Below are positions 9,185-17,366 of a stretch of 64,000 bases of DNA, piece by piece; the stretch's first letter is position 1; every line of letters begins with the position of its first letter. Source of the stretch: Clostridiales bacterium. Lineage in GTDB: Bacteria; Acidobacteriota; Aminicenantia; Aminicenantales; UBA8522. The notes beneath the pieces were generated by a model, which had not been told where the DNA came from, made no database searches, and saw only the letters and a list, made by a program, of their open reading frames with translations. The stretch is from assembly GCA_029907205.1 (NCBI GenBank), contig JARYMI010000008.1:20031-84030 (forward strand), in the 5' to 3' direction. Made by a program: the position numbers and the translations under genes.

Positions 9185-10546
9185 TCAGCTGACGAACGTG
9201 ATGTTCAAGGCGTTGATTTTCTCCTTCAGGGTGGCCTCGTCGATTTTTAGGTCAGAGGCGGCTTTTGGGATTTCCCAGTTGTTCCGCATCAGTGTCTCGT
9301 GGATGAACCGCCTTTCAAATTGCTCTTTGGCTTTTTCCAGAGAGTGGCCCTCGAAGAACCCGGAGATGTATTCGAGTTCTCTCGTTTCGACGAAAAGCGA
9401 AAGGTGAGAGCCGGAAATCTCATCCTCTTGGACCATGATGACAAACCTTTCGATGACGTTCATCAGCTCGCTCACATTTCCAGGCCAGACGTACTTGAGA
9501 AAGGCGTTCATTGCCTCCGGGCTCATGGACTTCGGCTTCCGGCCGTACTCTTCCGAGAAGTGCTTGAGGAAATGGTCGATCAGGAGAGGAATGTCCTCGT
9601 CTCTCTCGCGCAACGGCGGCAGGGTCAACGGGATGACGTTCAGCTTAAAGAACAGGTCTTCACGGAACTTTCGCTTGGCAATAAGATCGCGCAGATTCTT
9701 GCTCGTTGCAGCGATGATCCGGCTGTTGAAGGAAATGACTTCCGTTGAGCCCACAGGTTCAAAACTCTGGTCCTCGATGGCACGAATGAGCTGAGCCTGC
9801 GCCTTCATGCTCAAGTCGCCGACTTCGTCCAGGAAAAGAGTGCCGCCGTCAGCCAGCAACAGCTTCCCTTTCTTGTCTTTTTGCGCGTTGGCAAAGGCGC
9901 CCTGGACGAACCCGAAAAGCTCGCTCTCGATCAAATTCTCTGGGACGGCCGAGCAGTTGACCTCAACAAACCTCTTCTCGCGACGGGCGCTCTGCTGGTG
10001 GATGAGTCGGGCGACAAGTTCCTTGCCCGTTCCGTTTTCTCCAGTGATAAGGACGCGTCCGTTGGACAGAGCGGCCATCTTGATCTCTTCTCTCAATCTT
10101 TGGATGGCGGGACTGTGACCGATGAGGTAGTATTTCGTCTTCAGCCGTTCGCGGAGCTGGATGTTTTCTTCTTCGAGTTTTTTTTGCCTCAGGGCGTTGC
10201 GCACGGTCAGGACGACTTTCTCGAGAGAGAGGGGCTTTTCCAGGAAGTCGTGGGCACCGAGCTTGGTGGCCCGCACGGCTGTCTCGATCGTTCCGTGGCC
10301 TGAGATCATGACCACCGGGGGGTTTTCTTCCATGGTCTTGATTTTTTTTAAGACGTCCACCCCGTTCATCCTGGGCAACCAGATGTCCAACAGGACGAGG
10401 TCGATGTTCTGATTTCTGATTGCTTCCAGGCCTTCCTCTCCGCTTTCTGCGGTTGTCACCTGGAAGCCCTCGTCCTCAAGAATGCCTTTCAAGGAGGACC
10501 GGATGCTGACTTCGTCGTCGATGATAAGGATATTTTCTTTGCTCAT
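9185..10546 (-). CDS. ntrX: Sigma-54-dependent response regulator, NtrX-like
   Basis: REC domain (ILIIDDE...LLDIWLPRMNG), Walker A GENGTGKE, loop GAFANA, and a C-terminal HTH. It overlaps the upstream kinase gene by 4 nt. Confidence 0.85.
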   Translation of the reverse strand: MSKENILIIDDEVSIRSSLKGILEDEGFQVTTAESGEEGLEAIRNQNIDLVLLDIWLPRMNGVDVLKKIKTMEENPPVVMISGHGTIETAVRATKLGAHDFLEKPLSLEKVVLTVRNALRQKKLEEENIQLRERLKTKYYLIGHSPAIQRLREEIKMAALSNGRVLITGENGTGKELVARLIHQQSARREKRFVEVNCSAVPENLIESELFGFVQGAFANAQKDKKGKLLLADGGTLFLDEVGDLSMKAQAQLIRAIEDQSFEPVGSTEVISFNSRIIAATSKNLRDLIAKRKFREDLFFKLNVIPLTLPPLRERDEDIPLLIDHFLKHFSEEYGRKPKSMSPEAMNAFLKYVWPGNVSELMNVIERFVIMVQEDEISGSHLSLFVETRELEYISGFFEGHSLEKAKEQFERRFIHETLMRNNWEIPKAASDLKIDEATLKEKINALNITFVS

Positions 10547-12708
10547 GCCGGGAGATAGATGATGAACTTGGCACCGGTGGGCGAGTTGTTCTCAGCCTGG
10601 ATTGAGCCGTTGTGCTCCCTGACAATCTGGTTGACGATGGCCAACCCCAACCCTGTGCCCTTTTTCTTTGTAGAAAAGTAGGGCAAGAAGAGCTTGGCCT
10701 TGTCCTCGGCCGAGATTCCAGGCCCCGTGTCGGCGATCTCGACCTTCACCCGTTGCTCTTTTTTCTCAAGTGACGTGCGAATGATGATCTTGCCTTTCTT
10801 GTTCATGGCCTCGATGGCGTTGTCGATAATATTGATGAAAACCCTTTTCATCTGCTCGGGATCAAGCTGCAGGGCGGGGGGGATGTCTCGGCCGTGCTCG
10901 ATTTCGAAGTCGATCTGGCTGAAAATGCCGCGGAAAAGAGCGATGGTCTGATCGACCAAACTGCGTAGGTCGGCCGGCTTCGGCTCGACCTTGGGCAGGC
11001 GGGCGAAATTGGAGAATTCATCCACCAGAGACTTGATCGTCCGGGCCTCCTGGATGATCGTCCTCGCCCCCTCTTCGATCACCGCCCGGGAATTCTCCTC
11101 GTTCTTTTTCAAGGTTTTGATGATCCTTTCCGCTGAAAGCTGAATCGGCGTCAGTGGGTTTTTTATCTCATGGGCCACCATCTGAGCGACTTCTTTCCAG
11201 GCAGCTATCTTCTGGGCCTTGATGAGCTGGGTGAGGTTATCAAACACGACGATCATACCTGTAAAATCGCCGTTTGATCCTTGGAGCGGGGAAAGCGCCA
11301 GGGCCACCGTCGTTATCTGGCCGTTGGAGACGATGGTGATTTCTTTATCGGAAAGCCTGTATTTGTTCCTCAGTCCCCAGTCGATATTCTTGACGATTTC
11401 GCTGTACCTGAGGTTGCTGAGGACATCCCGGAAGCTCTTGCCGACAGGGTGTCGTTCCTCCAGGGCCAACATCTCCCTTGCCGACGGGTTAATGGTCGTG
11501 ATATTTCCGCCAGCGTCGAGAGTGATGACGCCGGTGGTGATGTTGTTCAGGACCGTCTCGATGTACTGCTTGCGGTTTTCCAGCTCTGAGGTTTTTTGAG
11601 CGATGTGCTCCTGGCTTCCCTTGAGGTCGGAAATCATCTGGTTGAACGAGTCAATGAGCGTTCCCAGCTCGTCAGAGGCGGGGTCCTCGACGTGGACATC
11701 CAGGTTGCCCCGGGAAACTTCCTTGGTCGCCAAGGCCAGCTTTTCGATGGGCACAGTAATGCCCTTGGCCAGGTGAAAGCCGATCCAGCTGGCGGCAAAA
11801 ATAATCAGCACGGTCACGAACATCAAGACAATCACGTAGAACGTCTTGACCGTGACTTTCTGGGGGATGAAAAGGCGGTATCTCTGGACGTAGGTGTTGA
11901 TGGCATTAATTTTCTGGGCGTAGCTCTGGGGAAAAAATTTCCCCGTCGTCACCAAAACTTTTCCTGCGCCGGAAATGGTGAGGCTGACGCCGCGGCGGAT
12001 CATGTCGCCGTTTCCCATCGGCTCGATTATCCGGAAGATCTCGCCGGCCTGAGCCCGCTGGACCATTCCTAACTGGATGGACTTGTAGTTTTGGAGCGGC
12101 AGGTTGGGGTTGAGATACATGAACAATTCTTCCTCTTCAAGGAAGATGCCGATCTCATCAAGGCGGTATTCGGCCAACTTGGTTCGGATGAATTCACGAA
12201 GGATCAGCCTGTTCTCCAGAAGGATCAACTTCTGATTCCTGATGTCCCGGCCGAGTTCGAGGGCGTAATGGTAAGCCTCCTCTTCCGCTCTGGCATAGAC
12301 GCCCTCGGCCAAGCCTTTGGTATCATCCAGGATCTTATCGAGAGGCGTCTTGAACCACATCTCGATGTTTCGGCTGATCAGGTCGCTGGCAAAGAAAAAA
12401 AGGAGAAGCGTCGGGATGAAAGAGAGGAAAATAAAGAAAAGGACGAGCTTGGTCTTAAAATGGGAACCGGCGACTTTTCTTTTTCTTTCAAGGTTGAGCT
12501 TGAGGAGATACCTGCCCAGAATGAAGAGGAAGATCAAGAAGAGCAGGAGGACGATGATCTGGAGCGAAGAAAGAAGGACGTTAGTCACTGAGGTCGGGGA
12601 AAACTCCTGTGATTCACGGATGAAGAGCTCGATGGCAAAGAAGAGGATGATGAGCAAGATGATAACGGCGCCGACAAGGCGTGGCCCCTTTTTGCTTGAA
12701 ATGGTCAT
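10543..12708 (-). CDS. ntrY: Sensor histidine kinase, NtrY-like (multi-TM N-terminus, HAMP, PAS, HisKA, HATPase)
   Basis: N-terminal TM bundle, HAMP and PAS domains. H-box VAHEIKNPLTPIQLSAERI is characteristic of NtrY. G-boxes DTGPGI and GTGLGLAIV. Confidence 0.82.
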   Translation of the reverse strand: MTISSKKGPRLVGAVIILLIILFFAIELFIRESQEFSPTSVTNVLLSSLQIIVLLLFLIFLFILGRYLLKLNLERKRKVAGSHFKTKLVLFFIFLSFIPTLLLFFFASDLISRNIEMWFKTPLDKILDDTKGLAEGVYARAEEEAYHYALELGRDIRNQKLILLENRLILREFIRTKLAEYRLDEIGIFLEEEELFMYLNPNLPLQNYKSIQLGMVQRAQAGEIFRIIEPMGNGDMIRRGVSLTISGAGKVLVTTGKFFPQSYAQKINAINTYVQRYRLFIPQKVTVKTFYVIVLMFVTVLIIFAASWIGFHLAKGITVPIEKLALATKEVSRGNLDVHVEDPASDELGTLIDSFNQMISDLKGSQEHIAQKTSELENRKQYIETVLNNITTGVITLDAGGNITTINPSAREMLALEERHPVGKSFRDVLSNLRYSEIVKNIDWGLRNKYRLSDKEITIVSNGQITTVALALSPLQGSNGDFTGMIVVFDNLTQLIKAQKIAAWKEVAQMVAHEIKNPLTPIQLSAERIIKTLKKNEENSRAVIEEGARTIIQEARTIKSLVDEFSNFARLPKVEPKPADLRSLVDQTIALFRGIFSQIDFEIEHGRDIPPALQLDPEQMKRVFINIIDNAIEAMNKKGKIIIRTSLEKKEQRVKVEIADTGPGISAEDKAKLFLPYFSTKKKGTGLGLAIVNQIVREHNGSIQAENNSPTGAKFIIYLPA

Positions 12709-12714
12709 GGTGTT

Positions 12715-13476
12715 TTAGCTCTCGCTCTCCTCTTCCCGGAGAAGATATTCACTGCAGTTGCTGGTGGTAATCCTTATGTCCTTGCGCACAGCCCCCCTCG
12801 GCCCGAAAGGCTTTCCTTTTTTTCCGTTGATGGTGAAGGCGAGCCCGCCGGCGTTGCCGAGGTTAAGCCCAACTTCCCGAGCCGCTCTCACCTGGAGTGA
12901 TTCGCCCTCTTTCTTGATTCCATCCCAGACCACAGCGCCGTCGGCGAAAACTTGGAGCCAGGTTTCTTCGAGAAAAGAGATATCAAGGTTCAGGCCCTTG
13001 TCATTTTTTTCCTCAGTTTTTGGTGCTTCGACCTGCGGAGGCGAGGCTGGGAGCGAAGATGGTTTGATCTCCGGTCTGAGTGACGTCTCCGGGTTTTTCC
13101 CTGGCGCAAGGACAAAAATAGAAATAAACCCAAGGGCCAGGATGACAGAGAAGGAAGCAAGGAGAAGGGGCAAGTTCCTCCGGCGGCGGATGAGTTGGCT
13201 GCCCGACATCTTCGGAGCGGCGACTTCGACCTCGTAGTCAAAGGAGCTCTGGAGTTCCTGGTATCTGTTGAGCACCTGGTTTTCATCGAGTCCGAGGCTC
13301 TTGGCGTAGGAGCGCAGAATAGCCCGGATGAAGAACTTGCCGGGAATAACGTCGAGCCGGTCCTCTTCCAGCGCCTCGAGGAATTTCAGGCTGATGCGGG
13401 TCGAAGAGGCAATCTCCTGGAGAGAAATTCCTCTCAGCTCTCGCTCTCTCTTGAGTTCCTGACCGAGGGATGCCAT
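12715..13476 (-). CDS. rodZ: RodZ-like cytoskeleton protein (HTH, TM, DUF4115-type C-terminal domain)
   Basis: N-terminal XRE-type HTH (LGQELKRERELRGISLQEIASSTRISLKFLEALEED), a single TM segment, a Pro-rich linker, and a C-terminal beta domain (LQVFADGAVVWDG...). Confidence 0.72.
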   Translation of the reverse strand: MASLGQELKRERELRGISLQEIASSTRISLKFLEALEEDRLDVIPGKFFIRAILRSYAKSLGLDENQVLNRYQELQSSFDYEVEVAAPKMSGSQLIRRRRNLPLLLASFSVILALGFISIFVLAPGKNPETSLRPEIKPSSLPASPPQVEAPKTEEKNDKGLNLDISFLEETWLQVFADGAVVWDGIKKEGESLQVRAAREVGLNLGNAGGLAFTINGKKGKPFGPRGAVRKDIRITTSNCSEYLLREEESES

Positions 13477-13484
13477 TTGCCAGA

Positions 13485-13514
13485 ATTGTAGATAAAACCA
13501 GGCGGGCGTGTCAA
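13485..13514 (-). promoter_or_regulatory. Sigma-70-type promoter of the rodZ-like operon, possibly leaderless
   Basis: The minus strand reads TTGACA-N18-TACAAT, with only 8 nt between the -10 box and the ATG at 13476. The -35 box and spacer are embedded in a GGCGGGCG/CGCCCGCC hairpin. Confidence 0.4.
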
Positions 13515-13564
13515 ATGATCGCCCGCCTTATTGAGCATCTTCACTTGTGTGATTCAATTGGGCC

Positions 13565-13683
13565 GTGGAAGCTGCCCTAGGCCCCTGCGCCCCGGGAACG
13601 AGTCCCGTCGGTTCCCCTTTTCGGAGAAACCGAAGGGTCCCCCCTCCGCTATGGGGGCTTCAGGGCAGCCCCTGCACCCATCT
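13565..13683. repeat. Structured intergenic element, copy A (unknown ncRNA or REP-like family; homologous to 24598-24723)
   Basis: Three helices are readable by eye: P1 13571-13585 with 13654-13669; P2 GGGAAC/GTTCCC (13594-13616); P3 CTTTTCGG/CCGAAGGG (13617-13637). It aligns with copy B over about 110 nt, with compensatory changes. Confidence 0.55.
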
Positions 13684-13743
13684 TAAAGATCACATGTTTG
13701 GAGATCCTTCGCGATCCTGTCCTGTCCACTCATGGTCGCAATT

Positions 13744-13752
13744 TGGTAAAAT
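13744..13752 (+). promoter_or_regulatory. Extended -10 promoter candidate for nfi
   Basis: TGGTAAAAT (TGnTAAAAT) lies 29 nt upstream of the nfi ATG. AGGAG RBS at 13771-13775. Confidence 0.4.
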
Positions 13753-13781
13753 GTCAAAGGAATAACATTAGGAGCGCGGGG

Positions 13782-14420
13782 ATGAACCTGGACCGAGCCA
13801 TTCGACTCCAAAAAGAACTCGCCCGCCGCCTAATTCTGGAATGGCGCGGCGGTGAAGTCTCGCTCGTTGGCGGAGCCGATTTTAGCTATGACAAGAAAGA
13901 AGAGCTCATCGCGGCTGTCGTCGTGGTGATGAAACTCCCCGGGCTTGAGATGGTGGAAACAGCCGAGGCAGTGATGAAAATCGGCTTGCCCTATATCCCG
14001 GGGTTCTTGTCTCTCCGGGAGACTCCGGCATTCTTCGCAGCCTTCCAAAAAATCAAGCGCCGGCCCGATGTGACGCTTCTCGACGGCAACGGGATCGCCC
14101 ATCCTCGCCGGATGGGATTAGCCTCCCACGCTGGCGTTGTCCTGGATATTCCCACCATCGGCTGTGCCAAGACGCCCTTTTTCCCCTTCCGTCCGCCTCC
14201 TCCGGTGCGGGGAGCGTTCACGTATTTCAAGAATGATGCTCAGGAGAAGGTTGGTTTCTGTTTGAGGACGCGAACCGGGGTTAAACCCGTCTTCGTGTCG
14301 CCAGGACACCGTGTCACTTTCTTGCTGAGCCGCAAAATCGTCCAGGAATGCTGCCGGTTCAGAATCCCCGAACCCATCCGCCAGGCCCATCTTCTAAGCC
14401 GAAGGATCTTCGGCCGCTAA
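13782..14420 (+). CDS. nfi: Endonuclease V (deoxyinosine 3' endonuclease)
   Basis: Family motifs LVGGADFSY, YIPGFLSLRE and LLDGNGIAHPRRMGLASHAG. The start was trimmed from the track ORF (13698) to the ATG at 13782, which has an AGGAG RBS. Confidence 0.88.
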   Translation: MNLDRAIRLQKELARRLILEWRGGEVSLVGGADFSYDKKEELIAAVVVVMKLPGLEMVETAEAVMKIGLPYIPGFLSLRETPAFFAAFQKIKRRPDVTLLDGNGIAHPRRMGLASHAGVVLDIPTIGCAKTPFFPFRPPPPVRGAFTYFKNDAQEKVGFCLRTRTGVKPVFVSPGHRVTFLLSRKIVQECCRFRIPEPIRQAHLLSRRIFGR

Positions 14421-14543
14421 GGGGTTTATTCGGAAGCATCCCCAAATCCGTTACAGTCCTATTTTGATAGTTGGGGTGGGTGGCGTGGTTCTGGGTTTCT
14501 CTTGGAGGAAGAGGCGAGGGTGTTGGGCGAGGAGGCCCGTTAT

Positions 14544-15404
14544 TCAGATTTTCAAGAATCGGGAAAGCGAGCTCAAACTCCCCAGCAATCCCATCAGGGC
14601 ACTCCCGATGACCAGGCCGATGCACTGAGATAGAGAAAGATAGCGGAGGTTGATGAATTCCTGGAGAACGCCCAGCGATTGGCCCAGATAAAGCGGAAAG
14701 AGCTTGATCAGGATGTACAACAGGGCCAAGGAAAGGGCGCTGCCGAGAACGCCGAGAGTCAGGCCTTCGAGGAGAAAAGGCAGCCTGATAAAAGTATTTG
14801 TCGCCCCCACCAGGCGGAGGATCTCGATTTCGTTCTTGCGAGCGAAGACATTGAGCCTGATGACGTTCGAGATGATAAAAAACGAAGCCAAGATGAGTAT
14901 GCCTCCGAGAAAAAAACCGATGGCCCTGGCCAATCGGCTCAGGGACTGCATTTTCTTCACCCAATCGCGGTTAAACTGAACATCCTCCACTCCAGGAAGC
15001 GCTTTGATGCCTTCGATGAGGCCAAGGGCTTCTTCCGACAGGAAAACCTTTTTCTGAAGAACGGCTTCATAGGAGGCAGGAAAAGGGTTTGAGCCAAGGT
15101 TCTTCAGGATATCCTCGAGCTCCGGAAAACTTTTCTGGAACCTGGCCAGCGCCTCCTCGCGGCTGACAAAATTGACATGCGCAACTCCAGGGGAAGCCTT
15201 GACGGCTTCTTCGATCCTGGCTTGCTCCCTGGCCGATATTCCCGGGTTGAGGAAAAAGGCAACGACCATGTTCTCGGCGAGCTGACTGGCCAGGAACTGA
15301 AGGTTGTTGGACAGAGAAAAAAAGACGCCAACGATGAGAAAAGAGAGGGCGATGATCGTGGCGGAGAACAGGTTTCGCACCCTGTACTGCCAGAGGTTAT
15401 TCAA
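14544..15404 (-). CDS. ftsX: Cell-division ABC transporter permease FtsX
   Basis: Four TM segments with a large first periplasmic loop (VNFVSREEALARFQKSF...). TTG start 21 nt after the ftsE stop. Confidence 0.85.
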   Translation of the reverse strand: MNNLWQYRVRNLFSATIIALSFLIVGVFFSLSNNLQFLASQLAENMVVAFFLNPGISAREQARIEEAVKASPGVAHVNFVSREEALARFQKSFPELEDILKNLGSNPFPASYEAVLQKKVFLSEEALGLIEGIKALPGVEDVQFNRDWVKKMQSLSRLARAIGFFLGGILILASFFIISNVIRLNVFARKNEIEILRLVGATNTFIRLPFLLEGLTLGVLGSALSLALLYILIKLFPLYLGQSLGVLQEFINLRYLSLSQCIGLVIGSALMGLLGSLSSLSRFLKI

Positions 15405-15424
15405 GGAATCCCTGATAAAATACC

Positions 15425-16105
15425 TTATTTTCTGGAGAATGGTTGAACTTCCTTTCCGATTATTTTTCCTTTAAACAAGAACAAAATTTTATCCCCGAAA
15501 TGACGGATGAGCTCCTTGTCGTGACTGCAGATCAGGACGGTCTTTCCTTGCCTGTTGATTTCCTTGAATACGCTGATGATCTCAAACGCAAGCTCCGGGT
15601 CGAGGTTGCCGGTCGGTTCGTCAGCCAACAAGATCTGCGGCTCATTGACCACAGCCCGGGCAATGGCCACACGCTGTTGCTCTCCGTAGGAGAGGTGAGA
15701 GGGGTATTCCCACATTTTTTGATGAAGGTTGACGAGCCTGAGAGCGTTGAAGACGCGGCGGCGGATCTCTTTAACCGGGATACCCAGGACATAGAGACCG
15801 ATGGCCACGTTATCAAAGACCTTTTTATGGAAGAGAAGGCGGAAGTCCTGGAAGACGATGCCCATCGACCGCCGTAGCTTCCAGATTTTATGGTCTGGCA
15901 GGCGCAGGATGTTAATGCCGTCGATAACTATTTGGCCACGCGTTGGCAGGATTTCGCGGAAAATAATCTTGAGCAGCGTTGTTTTGCCAGAACCGCTCGG
16001 GCCCGTGATGAACCAGAACTCTCCCTTCTTGATATGGAGGTTGATGTCCAGGAGAGCCCACTGGCCCTCCTGGTACTGCTTGGAAATGTGATAGAGCTCA
16101 ATCAT
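15425..16105 (-). CDS. ftsE: Cell-division ATP-binding protein FtsE
   Basis: Walker A GPSGSGKTT, ABC signature LSYGEQQR, Walker B ILLADEPT. The start was set to the internal ATG (MIELYHISKQY); the track ORF extends to 16159. Confidence 0.9.
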   Translation of the reverse strand: MIELYHISKQYQEGQWALLDINLHIKKGEFWFITGPSGSGKTTLLKIIFREILPTRGQIVIDGINILRLPDHKIWKLRRSMGIVFQDFRLLFHKKVFDNVAIGLYVLGIPVKEIRRRVFNALRLVNLHQKMWEYPSHLSYGEQQRVAIARAVVNEPQILLADEPTGNLDPELAFEIISVFKEINRQGKTVLICSHDKELIRHFGDKILFLFKGKIIGKEVQPFSRK

Positions 16106-16201
16106 CACGATGTTTTCAAACGTGGCCCCGAGACCCGATGACCGGGATGAAGCCGGCAAACCCGTTCATTTTCTTCCTGTTCCGCCCCGCTCGAGGCAAG
16201 G

Positions 16202-16210
16202 ATTATAACA
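16202..16210 (-). promoter_or_regulatory. Extended -10 promoter candidate for ftsEX
   Basis: The minus strand reads TGTTATAAT (TGnTATAAT), about 95 nt upstream of the ftsE ATG. Confidence 0.35.
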
Positions 16211-16574
16211 CATTACGCGGGCAACAAAAAACAAGGAGCAATCGTAAGCATTTCTTTTTTTTGACCATGAAACGAATCTGTCGGGACCCGAGCATCTCGT
16301 CGCTCCACTCAGGTTTTTCACGTCGTTTCGGAGGCGCTTTTCTCGGCGCTGCGGAACTCGCGCGTCAATTCATCGCATCAGAGACTGCTCTTGACCGTAC
16401 GAGGCGTTGTTCTTTATTTCAAGCGAGCTCAGACAGTCCTCGCGACCGCCCAGCCGTTTTCCCTCGAAAAACGCCCCCGAAAGGCTAAACCTTCGAAGTC
16501 GCTCCTGCATGCTCAAATCCCGATTGCTCCGTTCACGGAATTTGAGATGCTTCCGGAGCAATGCAGGAGAGGAG

Positions 16575-16754
16575 TCAGCGGGCGAAAAGGAACATGAACC
16601 AGCCGAAGGCCAGCCCGCCGATGACCATGATGAGAAAAAGGGAGAGGCCGTACTTGACCTGGCTTTTTAACTCGTTCTTCCGGACGAGGGCAAGCACGAC
16701 GGAGACAAAAAAAGCATAGATGACCATAGAAAGAAGGTGACTTTGGAAGATCAT
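16575..16754 (-). CDS. Small two-TM membrane protein (59 aa; not in the ORF track)
   Basis: Hand translation: MIFQSHLLSMVIYAFFVSVVLALVRKNELKSQVKYGLSLFLIMVIGGLAFGWFMFLFAR. Its ATG overlaps the TGA of the upstream gene (ATGA), which indicates translational coupling. Confidence 0.55.
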   Translation of the reverse strand: MIFQSHLLSMVIYAFFVSVVLALVRKNELKSQVKYGLSLFLIMVIGGLAFGWFMFLFAR

Positions 16755-17161
16755 TTTTTCTTTCCTCGGGCGATATCAAAGGCGTCGAGGGCGATGAGGT
16801 AGTTCAGAAGCCCGGCACCGGCCACATAGGCTGTCCCGAACTCAAAGGTGGAGCGTTCAAGAGCTCCCTGCCCAAAAGACAGGAAGCGGCTCAGTGCATA
16901 GATAAGAAGGTTGCCAAGGTCGGCGAGAAAAGCCAGCAGAGCGAGCGGATTTTCCTTCTTGAACAGGTTGGTGACGATTTCAAGAAGGGTCTGAGGTTTT
17001 TCGATATAAAGCGGGTAGATCTTGCCCCCCATGGCCAGGCCCATTCCCGTCATGGCCAGAACGGCAACGAGAAAAATAGCGCCCCGCCAAAATTTCTTCT
17101 GGAGAAGATGGCCGAGGCCGGGAAAAAGCCATCCGGCTAGAAGGCAAGCATATGGTTTCAT
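16751..17161 (-). CDS. Hypothetical integral membrane protein (136 aa)
   Basis: Three to four hydrophobic segments. N-terminal motif FPGLGHLLQKKFWRG resembles the TM2/DUF-type small membrane protein families. No precise family is recognised. Confidence 0.6.
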   Translation of the reverse strand: MKPYACLLAGWLFPGLGHLLQKKFWRGAIFLVAVLAMTGMGLAMGGKIYPLYIEKPQTLLEIVTNLFKKENPLALLAFLADLGNLLIYALSRFLSFGQGALERSTFEFGTAYVAGAGLLNYLIALDAFDIARGKKK

Positions 17162-17241
17162 TGGCTTTAGGTTTTAGAATATTAATCGAAAAGCGTCCAC
17201 AAATCAAGCCCGTTATCACAGAGATTGCAATCGTGATTTCG

Positions 17242-17269
17242 TTGACAGGAGAATTGTTTTTATTATAAG
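17242..17269 (+). promoter_or_regulatory. Sigma-70-type promoter of the ferritin-like/rubredoxin operon
   Basis: TTGACA-N16-TATAAG, about 100 nt upstream of the ATG at 17367. Confidence 0.5.
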
Positions 17270-17366
17270 GTCTTATGTTGTTCAAGAGCAAGCCTTTCCC
17301 GAAGAATCGAGGGAAATTAGAGAAGCTGAGTCTCGAAGTTCAAAGAATCGAAGAAAGGAGCTGACG

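Noticed and set aside
14479-14491. Exact 13-nt match GGTGGCGTGGTTC shared with 20328-20340, in two G-rich intergenic regions.
   Set aside because: Dozens of 13-mer coincidences are expected in 64 kb. Only the 20.3-kb copy forms a hairpin (GTGGTTC/GAACCAC), and the flanks do not align convincingly.
16138-16488. 116-aa plus-strand ORF in the gap upstream of ftsE.
   Set aside because: It is Arg/Ser-rich junk-like sequence with no Shine-Dalgarno site. It runs against the local gene orientation and overlaps the ftsE N-terminal extension. I treat the region as non-coding.
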